From contig CAXULY010000008.1 of assembly GCA_964252075.1 (NCBI GenBank), positions 64,001 to 128,000 on the forward strand: a stretch of 64,000 nt of DNA, given 5' to 3'. The notes under the pieces were generated by a model, which ran no database searches, was not told where the DNA came from, and worked only from the letters and a program-made list of their open reading frames with translations. Shown one piece after another: positions 35,329 to 46,200 of the stretch. Numbering within the stretch: position 1 is the first letter of the stretch; every line of letters begins with the position of its first letter. The position numbers were made by a program, and so were the translations under genes. Source of the stretch: an uncultured Deinococcaceae bacterium. Its GTDB lineage: Bacteria > Deinococcota > Deinococci > Deinococcales > Deinococcaceae.

Positions 35329-36186
35329 TCAGGCGTCGCCGACCATCTCCTCACTCACCGCCCACAACCGTGCCGCCGCCGCGTCATCCAGGGCGCGCGG
35401 GCTGGGCTGCACCTCACGCTCCTTCGTGAAGTACCGGCCCGTCACGCCCTCCACCAGCGGGCTCGACGCCAGGAAGATGCTCGTGCGCGCGCCCTCCTCA
35501 TCCGAGATCGCCAGCGGCCGCATGAGGTTCAGGGCGCCCGTCATCCAGCCGCCGTTGTTGTGCCCGAAGCCCGTGCTCACGAAGCCCGGGTGCAGGGCGT
35601 TCGCGGTGACGCCCGTGCCGCGCAGGCGCCGCGCCAGCTCACGCGTGAACACGATGTTCGCCAGTTTGCTCTGGCTGTACGCCTGGAAGGCGCGGTACCC
35701 CGCCTTGAACTCCAGGTCCGGCCAGTTCAGGCGCCCCCCCTCGTGCGCGCCGCTGCTCACGTTCACCACGCGCGCGCCCGGTCCGGCGCGCAGCGCACCC
35801 AGCAGCTCGCGCGTGAGCAGGAAGTACGCGAGGTGATTCAGCGCCCACGTCATCTCAATGCCGTCCACGCTCTCCTGCCGCGGGCTGAACACCCCGCCCG
35901 CGTTGTTCACGAGGATGTGCAGCTGCGGGTGCCCCGCCCGGAATTCCGCGGCGGCCCGCCGCACCTCCGCCTGCTCGCTGAGGTCCGCCAAGATGAACGC
36001 CACGCCAAGCTCGTCCGCCACCGCGCGCGTCTTCTCCGCGTTGCGGCCCACGATGGTCACCGCGGCGCCCTTACGCGCCAGCTCGCGCGCCGTCACCTTC
36101 CCGATGCCGTTCGTGCCGCCCGTCACGAGGGCCACCCTGCCGCTGAGCGGAAGGGCCCCACCGCCAGTGCCACTGAAGTCTGCCAT
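35329..36186 (-). CDS. SDR family oxidoreductase (retinol-dehydrogenase-like)
   Basis: TGGTNGIG, NNAG, VSS, YSQSK, LHPG. Confidence 0.93.
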   Translation of the reverse strand: MADFSGTGGGALPLSGRVALVTGGTNGIGKVTARELARKGAAVTIVGRNAEKTRAVADELGVAFILADLSEQAEVRRAAAEFRAGHPQLHILVNNAGGVFSPRQESVDGIEMTWALNHLAYFLLTRELLGALRAGPGARVVNVSSGAHEGGRLNWPDLEFKAGYRAFQAYSQSKLANIVFTRELARRLRGTGVTANALHPGFVSTGFGHNNGGWMTGALNLMRPLAISDEEGARTSIFLASSPLVEGVTGRYFTKEREVQPSPRALDDAAAARLWAVSEEMVGDA

Positions 36187-36245
36187 GCGGACCAGCATAC
36201 GGCGCGCCCCCCACCACCGTCGGTCACGCGGCACGCACAACGCAC

Positions 36246-36279
36246 AAGAAAAGGGAGAAGTCCACTGGGGACTTCCCCC
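36246..36279 (-). terminator. Intrinsic terminator
   Basis: Minus strand GGGGGAAGTCC-ccagt-GGACTTCTCCC followed by TTTTCTT. Confidence 0.75.
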
Positions 36280-36382
36280 TGCGCGCGGAGCCACTCGCCC
36301 GCCTGTGTTGTGCGCTTGACCCCAGTGTGCACCGCGCGTGTCAGGATCAGGTGACCCGCGGCTCAAGGCCGCATTTAGACAC

Positions 36383-37669
36383 TCAGCGCCGCGCGCCCAG
36401 CGCCTGCACCGCCCGCGCCACCACCGGATCGCTGTCCGCGGGACGCGACGCGCCCAGCGGCTGCGTGATGTCCGGCACCACGCCCGTCGCGCCCAGACGC
36501 TTGCCGCTCAGCAGGAACACATCCACGTCCGTCAGGTGCACGCGCGCCCCGAACGGCAGGTCCACCGGCACGTAATTGCTCGTGAGTTTCGCCGTGCCCT
36601 GCCCCAACACCAGCGCGCCACGCGACTGCTGCAGGATGGCGCTCGTGATCTCACCCATGCTCGCCGTCCCCGGACCCACCAGCACCGCCAGCGGCACCCC
36701 CGCCAGTTTCGGTGCGAGCGCCCCCGCGCTGATCACGATGGGGTCCTTGTGCCCCTGGCGGTCCACGCGCGTGCCCTGACGCCCCTGCACAAACGACCCC
36801 AGGAAGCGCTCGCCCTCATCCACGAACCCCCCACCATTCAGGCGCAGGTCAATGATGAGCGCCCGCAACGGCGGCCCCTGCAGGAGCGCCCGCAGCTTCT
36901 CCTGCACGGTGCCCGAAATGCCCGTCAGGAAGAAACTGTCGAACCGCAGGTACCCCACGCCTGGGTCCGCCGCGAGGCGCTGCGCGGTCACCGTGACGGG
37001 CGGCAGGCTCACCTGCGCGCGCACCACCGTGACGTTACGCGCCGCGCCATTCGCGCGGCGCAACGTCAGCGTCACGGACGACCCCACCGCCCCACGAATC
37101 TGATCCGTCGACGGGCAGTCCTGACCATTCACCCGCTCAATCACGTCCCCCGTCGAGATGCCTGCGCGCTCCGCCGGCGCCCCCGGGAACACCTGCGACA
37201 CCGTCAGCGCCCCATCCCCCTCCGCGAGCGTCATGCCCACCCCACCGTACGGCGCCGCCTCGCCCCGCGCCTGACGGTCCTCCAGCTGCGCCTCGCGCGG
37301 CGACAGGAACGCAAAATGCCCATCATTCACGCGGTTCACGAGGCTCCGGAGCTCCGCGTAGAACACCGCGTCACTCGGCGCGGCCAGCGCGCGCCGCCGC
37401 GTCACCTCCGCCTGCGTCTTCCAGTCGAACCCCCCGAACGTCGGGTCGAGGTACCGCGACTGCACATCCCCAAAGAACGCGTTCATCAACTGCGTGCGCT
37501 GCGCGTCCGAGAGCACCCGGTTCTGCGGATCATCCGAGGACGGCACCACGCGCGCCTGACAGACCAGCGCGGACGCCGGCGGCGCCTTCACGGGCGCGGT
37601 CTGCGCCCAGGCGGTAACCGAGAAGAAGGCGGCCAGCAACAGCGGGCGCCGCAACGAGCGGTGAGGCAT
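36383..37669 (-). CDS. Secreted S41 family peptidase with PDZ domain
   Basis: Signal peptide, GVG...PGAPAERAGI (PDZ), IDLRLNGGG, TASMGE, GVVPDI. Confidence 0.88.
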   Translation of the reverse strand: MPHRSLRRPLLLAAFFSVTAWAQTAPVKAPPASALVCQARVVPSSDDPQNRVLSDAQRTQLMNAFFGDVQSRYLDPTFGGFDWKTQAEVTRRRALAAPSDAVFYAELRSLVNRVNDGHFAFLSPREAQLEDRQARGEAAPYGGVGMTLAEGDGALTVSQVFPGAPAERAGISTGDVIERVNGQDCPSTDQIRGAVGSSVTLTLRRANGAARNVTVVRAQVSLPPVTVTAQRLAADPGVGYLRFDSFFLTGISGTVQEKLRALLQGPPLRALIIDLRLNGGGFVDEGERFLGSFVQGRQGTRVDRQGHKDPIVISAGALAPKLAGVPLAVLVGPGTASMGEITSAILQQSRGALVLGQGTAKLTSNYVPVDLPFGARVHLTDVDVFLLSGKRLGATGVVPDITQPLGASRPADSDPVVARAVQALGARR

Positions 37670-37740
37670 ACCCCCAGTATGGCGGCGCGCCCCACCCCCA
37701 TGCGTGACCCACCTTCCAGCCGCGCGCCGCCCCACCCCCC

Positions 37741-38784
37741 TCAACTCAAGGCCAGCAACTCCTCCTCAAGACCCACCGGGCGCCGCTCCTGCGCCGACCG
37801 GATGGACGCCAGCGTGAGCGCCAGACTCCGCAGGTTGTCCTCCCCGGAACTCACGGGCGCCTCGCCCGACCACACTGCCCGCACGAACGCCGACACCGCC
37901 CCCGCCCGGTCCAACTGCGCCACCCCCGGCAGATCCAGCACCTCCGGCGCGCCACCCAACGCCCGCCACACCACGCGGTCCGGCGGCGGGCTCTCCCGAC
38001 TCGTCCACGCCAGCTCACCCAGCGCGGCATCCATGCGCCACTCACCCGCCCACGGCGTCACGGGACCGGAACTCGCCCAGCTGCCCCGGTAACTCACGAC
38101 GGCGCCCCCCTCAAACTCAATGGTCGCCGCCGCGCTCGCCGGATCACGGAACGGACTCCACGGCGGGTTGAACGCATGGCACTCCACCGACACCGGCTCC
38201 CGCCCCAGCACGAAGCGCATCAGGTCGAAATGATGAATCGCCATGTCCATCAGGAGCGGCTGCGCCAGCAGGTGATGCGCCGTCGCGGGCGGCACCATGC
38301 GCGCGTTGTCCCGCCGGAAATCCACCTCCACCACCCCCACCGCCCCCAGCGCGCCCTCCCGCACCAGCCGCGCCGCCAGCTGCGGCGCCGGATGAAAGCG
38401 GTAATTCTGACTCACCATCACGGTCAGCTTCCGCTCCGCCGCGACCCGCACCACCTCCCGCGCCTCCGCGATCGTCGGCGCGAACGGCTTCTCCACCAGC
38501 ACCGGCAGACCCGCCCCCAGCGCCGCCAGACACACCGGCGCGTGCGCCAAGGCGCCCGTCGTCACCAGCGCCGCATCCGCGTCCGCCGCGCCCAGCGCGT
38601 CCGCGAGGGACGCGAAGCAGCGCTCAGGCGGCGCGCCCCGCTCCACCGCGAGGCGCAGTGCCTCCGGATTCGCATCCACGAACGCCACCGTCGTGGCATC
38701 CGGATGCAGCCGCACGACCTGCATCCAATCGCGGCCCCAGCCGCCCAGGCCGACCTGAATGAAACGAAGAGGTTGCGTGGTCAC
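37741..38784 (-). CDS. Gfo/Idh/MocA family oxidoreductase
   Basis: QVGLGGWG, VLVEKP, QNYRF, DMAIHHFD; TACACT 6 nt before GTG 38784. Confidence 0.93.
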   Translation of the reverse strand: MTTQPLRFIQVGLGGWGRDWMQVVRLHPDATTVAFVDANPEALRLAVERGAPPERCFASLADALGAADADAALVTTGALAHAPVCLAALGAGLPVLVEKPFAPTIAEAREVVRVAAERKLTVMVSQNYRFHPAPQLAARLVREGALGAVGVVEVDFRRDNARMVPPATAHHLLAQPLLMDMAIHHFDLMRFVLGREPVSVECHAFNPPWSPFRDPASAAATIEFEGGAVVSYRGSWASSGPVTPWAGEWRMDAALGELAWTSRESPPPDRVVWRALGGAPEVLDLPGVAQLDRAGAVSAFVRAVWSGEAPVSSGEDNLRSLALTLASIRSAQERRPVGLEEELLALS

Positions 38785-38855
38785 GGGAGGAGTGTACGGC
38801 GGGGGAGGGGCGAGCTGAAAGGCTTCACCGGGGTGGGGCCGGGCTTCATGGTGCG

Positions 38856-39116
38856 GGGAGCCCCCACCCCCCGGCCCCCCTACCCCCAGAGGGGGCAGGG
38901 GGGAGCGGCGCTGCGCTGAGCATGGGTGGCCGGAGAGGTGCCTGAGTTGTTCCTGGTCTTTCAGCGCCGACCCTGGTCGCTTGGCGCTTCGCTGTACGGA
39001 AAGCGCCGCTGGGTATTTGCTGGCATGTTCTCTGCGTGTAGGCCCTCGCTCGGCTCGGGCTTGCTGCATGTCGGGGAAAGGTGGGAGGTGGGCCTGTTCC
39101 TGCCCTCTACCTTCTC
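38856..39116. repeat. Possible interspersed palindromic (REP/MITE-like) element
   Basis: Non-coding stretch starting CCCCCACCCCCCGGCCCCCCTACCCCCAGAGGGGGCAGGGGGGAG with several hairpins. Only one copy is in this window, so repeat status is inferred. Confidence 0.45.
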
Positions 39117-41453
39117 CTAAATCACTTCGCGAAAAGCCACCTGGGCGCTTCTCGCCTGTAGTTCGGCCCTTAGGTACGCGAGGCGCGGGTGCTCCAGCGC
39201 GGGGTCGTGCGCGAGGATGTGCTTGGCGAGTTCACGCGCCTGCTCGATGATCTCCACGTCGTTCACGATGTCGCCCAGCCGCAGGTCCGGGATGCCGGAC
39301 TGTCTTGTGCCGCGAATCTCGCCGGGGCCGCGCAGCTTCAGGTCCGCCTCCGCGATCACGAAGCCGTCCGTGCTGCCCTCAATGATCTTCAGGCGCTCGC
39401 GGGTCTTCTTGCTGTGCTCGCCCGCCACCAGCACGCAGTAACTCTGCGCGCTCCCGCGCCCCACCCGCCCGCGCAGCTGGTGCAGCTGCGACAGGCCGAA
39501 GCGCTCGGCGTTCTCGATCACCATGACGGTCGCGTTCGGCACGTCCACGCCCACTTCGATCACGGTGGTGGACACCAGCAGGTCGAACTCCCGCGCGCGG
39601 AAGCGCTCCATCACGTCGTCCTTCTCGGCGGCACTCATGCGCCCGTGCAGGAGGCCCAGGCGCGCGTCCGGCAAGATCACGCGCAGGTCGTCCGCGAGTT
39701 GCGTGGCGGCCAGCAGCTCCAGATTCTCGTTGTCCTCGATGAGCGCCGTGACCACGTACGCTTGGCGTCCCTCGCGGATCTGGCGCATCACGAAGCCGTA
39801 GGCCTGCTTGCGGTGCGTGTCCTGAATGAGTTTCGTCTCGATGGGCGTGCGGCCCGGCGGCAGCTCGTCAATGATGCTGAGTTCGAGGTCGCCGTACGCG
39901 GTGAGCGCCAGCGAGCGCGGGATGGGCGTGGCGCTCATGACCAGCACGTCCGGGCGCCCCGCGAGGAGCTTGCGGCGCTGCATGACGCCGAAGCGATGCT
40001 CCTCGTCCACCACGGCGAGGCCCAGGTTGTTCCAGCGCACCGCCTCCTGAATGAGCGCCTGCGTGCCCACCACCACGTCCACGTCCCCGCTCGCGATGGC
40101 GGCCTGCATCTCCGCCTTCTGCTTCGGCGTCATCGCGCCGATCAGCAGGCCCACCCGCACGCCCAGCGGGAACAGGTAGTTCGTGAGGTTCTTGAAGTGC
40201 TGCCGCGCCAGGATCTCCGTGGGGGCCATCAGGGCCCCCTGGTAGCCGTCCCTGAACGCCAGGTACAGGGCGCACGCCGCGACGGCGGTCTTCCCGCTGC
40301 CCACGTCGCCCTGCACGAGGCGCGCCATCTGGCGTTCGTTGCGCATGTCGTCCGCGACTTCCAGCAGCACGCGCCGCTGCGCGTTCGTGAAGCGAAACGG
40401 CAGGCTCCCCTCGAAGTCGTGCATGTCCTGCTCCGTCGCGGTGAAGCGCTTGCCGAGCAGCACGCCCTCGTCGCCCTGCAGCAGCATGCGGAGTTCCAGG
40501 AACAGGTACTCGTCGAAGCGCAATCGGATGTTCGCGCGCTCCAGCTGCGCCTCGTCGCGCGGGAAGTGCATCCCCCACAGCGCGTCGTCGAGGTCCGTGA
40601 GGCCGTACTTCGCGCGCCAGTGCCCCGGCAGGTAATCGCCGGGCTGCAGGTGCTTGAGGCCCGTGTGCGCGCCGCGCCGCAGGAACTCCTGCGAGATGCC
40701 TTCCTTGCTGTCGTACACGCCCACGATGCGGCCCGACGAGAGGCTCTCGCCCGCCGCGCCGTCCAGCGTCTCCATGTGCTCCACACCCACCTGCGCGGTG
40801 CGCCCGAAGCGCTTCACGCGGCCCGTCACGATGATGCGCGCGCCCTCGCGCAGCCCGCGCTCCACCCACGCCTGGTTGAACCACGTGCACTTCACGCGCT
40901 GCCCGTGCGCGTTCTCGACGGTTGCCTCCAGGATCAGCATGCCGGGCTTGGGGCTGCGGCGGTTCTTGCTGACGATCACGCCCTCCACCGTCACGCGCGT
41001 GCCCTCCTCCACGTCCGTGAGGTTCGGCAGGGCGCGGCGGTCCTCGTGGCGGCGCGGGTACGCGTGCAGCACGTCCCGCAGGGAGTACAGCCCAAGCGCG
41101 TGCAGTTTCTTCGCGGCGCCCGGCCCGAGGTCCAGGCGCTCCACGGGCGCGTCCGGCGCGAGCTGCTCGTTCGGCGCGGCTTTCGGGGTCTCCACGCGAC
41201 CCGGCGCCTTTCGTGGGATGGGCCTGTCCTCGCCACTCAGCAGGCTCAGCGCGCGGCGCAGGCTCTCCTCGCGCTCGCCCGCATCCATGTCGGCGTACCC
41301 GCGCAGCGCCTCGCGCACCTTCGGGAAGGGCCGCGCGAGGTTGTCCAGCAGGCGCTCCATGCCGCCCGCCACCACGCGGTTCTGACAGCCGGAGGCGAGC
41401 TCCACCTCCAGCGGCCGCCGCAACTTGCCCTGCAGTTCCTGCACCGTTGCCAT
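39117..41453 (-). CDS. recG: ATP-dependent DNA helicase RecG
   Basis: [52 protein letters not shown]. Confidence 0.98.
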   Translation of the reverse strand: MATVQELQGKLRRPLEVELASGCQNRVVAGGMERLLDNLARPFPKVREALRGYADMDAGEREESLRRALSLLSGEDRPIPRKAPGRVETPKAAPNEQLAPDAPVERLDLGPGAAKKLHALGLYSLRDVLHAYPRRHEDRRALPNLTDVEEGTRVTVEGVIVSKNRRSPKPGMLILEATVENAHGQRVKCTWFNQAWVERGLREGARIIVTGRVKRFGRTAQVGVEHMETLDGAAGESLSSGRIVGVYDSKEGISQEFLRRGAHTGLKHLQPGDYLPGHWRAKYGLTDLDDALWGMHFPRDEAQLERANIRLRFDEYLFLELRMLLQGDEGVLLGKRFTATEQDMHDFEGSLPFRFTNAQRRVLLEVADDMRNERQMARLVQGDVGSGKTAVAACALYLAFRDGYQGALMAPTEILARQHFKNLTNYLFPLGVRVGLLIGAMTPKQKAEMQAAIASGDVDVVVGTQALIQEAVRWNNLGLAVVDEEHRFGVMQRRKLLAGRPDVLVMSATPIPRSLALTAYGDLELSIIDELPPGRTPIETKLIQDTHRKQAYGFVMRQIREGRQAYVVTALIEDNENLELLAATQLADDLRVILPDARLGLLHGRMSAAEKDDVMERFRAREFDLLVSTTVIEVGVDVPNATVMVIENAERFGLSQLHQLRGRVGRGSAQSYCVLVAGEHSKKTRERLKIIEGSTDGFVIAEADLKLRGPGEIRGTRQSGIPDLRLGDIVNDVEIIEQARELAKHILAHDPALEHPRLAYLRAELQARSAQVAFREVI

Positions 41454-41512
41454 TCGGGTTTCAGGCTAGCAGAGGGCTGTGGGAAGCGCCGTGAGCGAGG
41501 TGGCGGAAGGAG

Positions 41513-41545
41513 AAGCGCTGGGGTGCGTCGTGCACCCCAGCGCTT
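41513..41545 (-). terminator. Hairpin downstream of mraY
   Basis: AAGCGCTGGGGTGC-gtcgt-GCACCCCAGCGCTT. Confidence 0.7.
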
Positions 41546-41559
41546 GAAAGCCTTGCCCC

Positions 41560-42477
41560 TTACGGCCTGAAGCCCAGCAGATACGCCACCAGCAGCGTCC
41601 CGATGCCCGTCACCAGCCAGAAACGCAGCGTGACCTGCGTCTCCGGCCAGCCGCTCAGCTCGAAGTGATGCTGGATGGGCGTCATCTTGAACAGGCGCTT
41701 GCCGCCCGTGCGGCGGAAGTACAGGATCTGCAGGCCCACACTCACCACCGCCGCGACCGGGATGATCGCCGCGATGGGCAGCAGCCACACGTCCGCATGC
41801 AGCACGTAGGCCCCAGCGACCAGCGCGCCGATGGCGTGCGAGCCCATGTCACCCATGAACACGCGCGCCTTGTGCCCGTTGAACCACAGGAAACCCAGCA
41901 GCGCCCCCACCAGCAGCGCGCTGAGCGGCGAGAGGCCCAGCAGGGGCAGCAACACGATGATGCTCAGGCCCGCCAGCAGGCCGTCAATGCCGTCCGCGAA
42001 GTTGAAGGCGTTCACGGCGGCAACCATCGCGAGCGTCACCACGATGATGTCCCCCACCCGCCCGAAGCTCGGCACGAGATCGTGACTCATGAGGGGCTGC
42101 GCGAAGATCGCGAAGAGCAGCGCCACCAGGAACTGCAGCGGGAACTTCTCGCGCGCCATCAGCTCCTTGCGGCCGCGCCCCACCGTGCGCGAGCGGATCT
42201 TCAGCACGTCGTCGATGAGGCCGATGACGCCCATGCCGAGCGCGGCGAGCAGCGTCAGCAGTTCCGGGCGTCCGCCGCCCGCGCCGCGCCACTCCAGCAC
42301 CAGCCACACGAGCGCCACGGCGATCACGAAGCCGATGCCGCCGCCCGTCGGGGTGCCCGCCTTGCTGAGGTGGCTCTGCGGCCCGTCCTGCCGGATGGGT
42401 TGCCCCCACCCGTAACGGCGCGAGAGCGTGATGAACAGGCCCACCAGGAACCACGAGACGATCAGGCTGGCGATCAA
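41560..42477 (-). CDS. mraY: Phospho-N-acetylmuramoyl-pentapeptide transferase
   Basis: [42 protein letters not shown]. Start (TTG 42477) is uncertain. Confidence 0.95.
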   Translation of the reverse strand: MIASLIVSWFLVGLFITLSRRYGWGQPIRQDGPQSHLSKAGTPTGGGIGFVIAVALVWLVLEWRGAGGGRPELLTLLAALGMGVIGLIDDVLKIRSRTVGRGRKELMAREKFPLQFLVALLFAIFAQPLMSHDLVPSFGRVGDIIVVTLAMVAAVNAFNFADGIDGLLAGLSIIVLLPLLGLSPLSALLVGALLGFLWFNGHKARVFMGDMGSHAIGALVAGAYVLHADVWLLPIAAIIPVAAVVSVGLQILYFRRTGGKRLFKMTPIQHHFELSGWPETQVTLRFWLVTGIGTLLVAYLLGFRP

Positions 42478-42553
42478 GCGGAGGCTCCCGGGCGTGCATT
42501 GGCGGCGTTCATGGCGAGCGCACCATACCACGAGCGGGCCGGCGCTGGACGGG

Positions 42554-43297
42554 TCAGCGGCTCAGGTCCGGGTTGTAGAAGCCCAGGCGGCCGCCCGCCT
42601 CCAGCACCGCCACCCTGCCGGCCACGAGGCCCAGCGCGTCGCCCGCCTGCTTCACGCGCGCGCGCACCACGCCCACCGGGTCCGTGAACACCAGCTCGCC
42701 GCCCACCAGCCGGTACGTGCCCTGCGCCGTCACGAGGGTCGGGACGTTCGCGGTGGCCGCGCCCGAGGGGGTGGCGAACAGGACGGGGCCCGTCGCGCGG
42801 TCGAGGGGCAGGATGGTGCCCACCCGGTACAGGTCGCCCGCCACCACGCCGTAGTCCTCGCCGTCCCCGCCCGTGATGACGGCGCCCGGTGCGCCCGGCA
42901 GGCCCGTCGTGCTGGTGCCGCCGTAGCTCACGGCGCTGCCGTCCGCGCGGTACACCGCGCGGGCGCTCATGGCGGACACGCGCCCCACCTGCTGCGTCTG
43001 CGGCGCGCCGCTCGCCGTCACGATCAGGCCGTACGCGGGCAGCGCCACCCACGGCACCGCCGCGAGCCCCGCGCCCTGCCACGCCACCGCGCCCGCCGGG
43101 GCGGGCAGCCCCACCGCCTGAGGCTGGAAGGCGGGCGTCCGCGCGATGAAGGCCCGCCCGTTCACGGACCACAGCACGCCCGCGTCACTGAAGGCCGCCT
43201 GCAGCGGGGCGGGGGAGGCAGGCGGCTGGACACCGCTGGTCCGGGTGGGGGCGCAGGCGGTGAGGGCCAGCAGGGCGGCCAGCGCGAGGCGCTTCAC
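42554..43297 (-). CDS. Hypothetical lipoprotein
   Basis: GTG start overlapping the murF stop; lipobox LALTAC; beta-rich sequence. Confidence 0.8.
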   Translation of the reverse strand: MKRLALAALLALTACAPTRTSGVQPPASPAPLQAAFSDAGVLWSVNGRAFIARTPAFQPQAVGLPAPAGAVAWQGAGLAAVPWVALPAYGLIVTASGAPQTQQVGRVSAMSARAVYRADGSAVSYGGTSTTGLPGAPGAVITGGDGEDYGVVAGDLYRVGTILPLDRATGPVLFATPSGAATANVPTLVTAQGTYRLVGGELVFTDPVGVVRARVKQAGDALGLVAGRVAVLEAGGRLGFYNPDLSR

Positions 43298-44562
43298 GGG
43301 CGCACCTGCAGGTGGGTCAGCAGGGCCTGCACGACCACGTCCAGCCCCACGCCCTCCTGCGCGCGCCGCTCGGGCGTCCATGAGATGCCGCGCGACGCCT
43401 TGAGCAGCACCACGTCGCCGGGCCGCACCTCGGCCAGCAGGGCCGCCTGTAGTTCCGGCACGGTCTGAAACGCGCGTTCCCCGAGCGCGGCGGCGAACGG
43501 CCCCACCCCGAAGGTCACGTCCGCGGTGCCCCGCGCGTGGGCGCCCACCCCGGCGTGCAGGTCGGGCGCCTGCGGGCCGAGTTCCAGCATCTGCCCGAGC
43601 ACGCTCACGCGCCGACCGGGGAACGCCGCGAGCGCGTCCAGCGCCGCCCGCACGCTGAGCGGCGAGGCGTTGTACGCGTCGTCAATGACGGTGACCGCCC
43701 CCGGATGCACCCGGAAGCGCCCGCCCGGCACCTGCACGCCGCTCAGGCGCTCCGCTGCGGCGGCGAGGTCCAGGCCGTGCCCGTGCGCGAGTGCGAGGCC
43801 CAGCACCGCCGCCTCCGCCTGCGCGCGCCCCGCCAGCGGAAGCTGCACCTCCACCCCCCGGTACGTGAAACTCGCGCCCTCGGGCGTCACGGTCAGCGCC
43901 TCGCCCGCGAAGTCCGCGCCCTCGAACCCGTAGGTGGGCACGCCCGGGTAGAACGGTGCCGCCTGCATCCCCACCAGGCGCTGCGCCGCGCCCAGGATCA
44001 CGCCCTTCTCGCGCGCCGTGACGCGCTCGTTCTCGAAGTGCGTCACCCCGACGCTCGTCACCACGCCCACGTCCGGCCCGACGAGGTCCATCAGTTCCGC
44101 CATCTCGCCCACCCGGTCAATGCCCATCTCCACCACCAGCGGCGCGCCCGAGCCGCCCTCCTCAATCAGGAAGCAGGCGATGGCGGGCATGGTGTTGAAC
44201 ACCGGCAGGAAGCGCGCGTTCAGCGCGGCGCCCGCGTAGTTCTTCGCGGTGGTCTTGCCGACCGTGCCCGTGATGCCCACCACCAGGGCCGCCCGCGCCC
44301 GTTCGGCGCGCGCCCACGCGAACAGCGCCTCCCGCGCGTCCGGCACGCGCACGGCCCGGTCCACCCCCAGGTCCGTCAGCACGAAGGGCGCGCCGCGTTC
44401 CAGCGCCTGCGCCACGAACCGGTTGCCGTGCATCGCCTCGCCAGGCAGCGCCACGAAGGCCACCTCGGGACCCGCGTCGCGGGAATCCCAGGTGAGGCGC
44501 CGGGCGGGCCGCGCGTCCGGCGCCACCTCGGCGGGGAAGGGGAGGGTGAAAGGGTCAAGCAT
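43294..44562 (-). CDS. murF: UDP-N-acetylmuramoyl-tripeptide--D-Ala-D-Ala ligase
   Basis: DSR, GITGTVGKTT, VEMG, DDAYNASP, GQMLELG, KASRG. Confidence 0.93.
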   Translation of the reverse strand: MLDPFTLPFPAEVAPDARPARRLTWDSRDAGPEVAFVALPGEAMHGNRFVAQALERGAPFVLTDLGVDRAVRVPDAREALFAWARAERARAALVVGITGTVGKTTAKNYAGAALNARFLPVFNTMPAIACFLIEEGGSGAPLVVEMGIDRVGEMAELMDLVGPDVGVVTSVGVTHFENERVTAREKGVILGAAQRLVGMQAAPFYPGVPTYGFEGADFAGEALTVTPEGASFTYRGVEVQLPLAGRAQAEAAVLGLALAHGHGLDLAAAAERLSGVQVPGGRFRVHPGAVTVIDDAYNASPLSVRAALDALAAFPGRRVSVLGQMLELGPQAPDLHAGVGAHARGTADVTFGVGPFAAALGERAFQTVPELQAALLAEVRPGDVVLLKASRGISWTPERRAQEGVGLDVVVQALLTHLQVRP

Positions 44563-44622
44563 GCCGTGAGGATAGCGAAGAGGCGTGAGCGGCACACCGC
44601 CCACGCCCCCTGGTGCCCGCCC

Positions 44623-46200
44623 TTACTCCACCGTCACGAGGTAGTCGTACAGGTCGGGGCCGCCCGCGTGCGCCTCGATCTCTGCGTCGGGGAAGGCGGC
44701 GGTGAGGCGTGCGGTCAGCGCGTCCGCCGCGTCCGGCTGCACGTTCGGGCCGCTGAACACCGTGATGAACTCCTGCCCGGTGTAGCCCTTCTGGAGCATC
44801 TCCACGACGGCGTCCTCGGGCGTGCCGCCCGCGTGAATCAGCTCGTCGTCCTTGAGGCCAATCACGTCGCCTTCCGTGATGTTCAGCTCGCCCACCTGCG
44901 TGCTGCGGCTGGCGCGCGTCACTTCGAAGGTCGTGACGCGGTTCGCGGCGTCCTGCATGCCCTCCAGCAGCTCAGGCGCGGGCGTGCCCGGAATGAACGC
45001 GAGTGCCGCCCCGACGCCCTGGCCGAGCGTGCGGGTGGGCAGCACCAGCGCGCGGCCCTCACTGAGTTCCGACGCCTTCTGCGCGGCGAGCAGCACGTTC
45101 TTGTTGTTCGGCAGCACGATCACCTGATGCGCCGAGACGCTGTTCACGGCGTCCAGGATGTCCTGCACGCTGGGGTTCGCGGTCTGCCCGCCCGACACGA
45201 TGCGCGCCCCGAAGCTGCGGAAGAGCTTCACCATGCCGTAGCCGCTCGCGACCGCCACGAGGCCACTCTGCGGGAGTTCCTCCTCGGCGTTCGCGGTGCT
45301 GCCCGCCATCGCGAGGATCTCCGTGTGCTGCTCGGACATGTCCTCGACCTTGGTTTTCAGCATGCGCCCGTGCCGCCCCACGGTGGCGAGCAGGTCGTCC
45401 GGTTCGTTCGTGTGGATGTGGCCCTTCACGAAGCCCTCGGCGCCCACCACCAGCAGGCTGTCCCCGAAGGGCGCGACCAGCTCCCGGATGCCCTCGATGG
45501 GCATGGTGGCATTCTCCATCAGGAACTCCGTGCAGTACCCGAACTCCTCGTGCTCCACGTGCTCTTGCGCGTAACTCTCCACTTTCGGCGCTTCGGGCAG
45601 CTGCGCGCCTGTCAGGAAGCCCAGCATGCCGGTCAGCAGGTACAGGTACCCCTGCCCGCCGCTGTCCACCACGCCCGCCTGTTTCAGCGCTGCCAGCTGA
45701 TCCGGCGTCTTGTCCAGCGCGACCTGCCCGGCCTTCACGGCGTTCTGCAGCACCTCGGTGGGCGTGCCGCCGCGCGCGCCGCGCGCCGCCTCGCGCGCCA
45801 CCGTCAGGATGGTGCCCTCCACGGGCTTCATGACGGCGTTGTACCCGCTCTTCTGCGCGGCGTCCAGCGCGTGCGAGAGCTGCAGTGCACTCACATCCCG
45901 CAGGTCGCGGATGGCTTCCGCGAAGCCCTTCAGGAGCTGCGAGAGGATCACGCCGCTGTTTCCGCGCGCGCCCAGCAGCGCGCCGTAACTGATGGCGCGC
46001 GCCACGGCAGTCATGCTGTTCACGTCACTGGTGTCCAGCTCACGCCGCACGCTCTGCAGGGTAAGGTGCATGTTCGTGCCGGTGTCACCGTCCGGGACGG
46101 GGTACACGTTCAGGGCGTTCACCTGATCGCGGTACACGCCCAGCCAGTCCGTCGCGAGCCGCAGCGCGCCCGCGATGTCCTTCGGCGTGAGGTTAGCCAC
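44623..46200 (-). CDS. DAK2 domain protein (FakA/YloV fatty acid kinase family)
   Basis: NALNVYPVPDGDTGTNM, GARGNSGVILSQ, PVEGTILTV, VVDSGG, YCTEF, GGQTANPS. Confidence 0.95.
   Translation of the reverse strand: MANLTPKDIAGALRLATDWLGVYRDQVNALNVYPVPDGDTGTNMHLTLQSVRRELDTSDVNSMTAVARAISYGALLGARGNSGVILSQLLKGFAEAIRDLRDVSALQLSHALDAAQKSGYNAVMKPVEGTILTVAREAARGARGGTPTEVLQNAVKAGQVALDKTPDQLAALKQAGVVDSGGQGYLYLLTGMLGFLTGAQLPEAPKVESYAQEHVEHEEFGYCTEFLMENATMPIEGIRELVAPFGDSLLVVGAEGFVKGHIHTNEPDDLLATVGRHGRMLKTKVEDMSEQHTEILAMAGSTANAEEELPQSGLVAVASGYGMVKLFRSFGARIVSGGQTANPSVQDILDAVNSVSAHQVIVLPNNKNVLLAAQKASELSEGRALVLPTRTLGQGVGAALAFIPGTPAPELLEGMQDAANRVTTFEVTRASRSTQVGELNITEGDVIGLKDDELIHAGGTPEDAVVEMLQKGYTGQEFITVFSGPNVQPDAADALTARLTAAFPDAEIEAHAGGPDLYDYLVTVE

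Noticed and set aside
31756..38784. Strong C-over-G skew on the + strand suggesting foreign DNA
   Set aside because: All genes here are on the minus strand with G-rich codons; there is no integrase, att site or obvious GC drop. Not quantified.
41454..41512. Possible DdrO site upstream of recG
   Set aside because: Only a half-site (GCGGAA) is present; the other half does not match.
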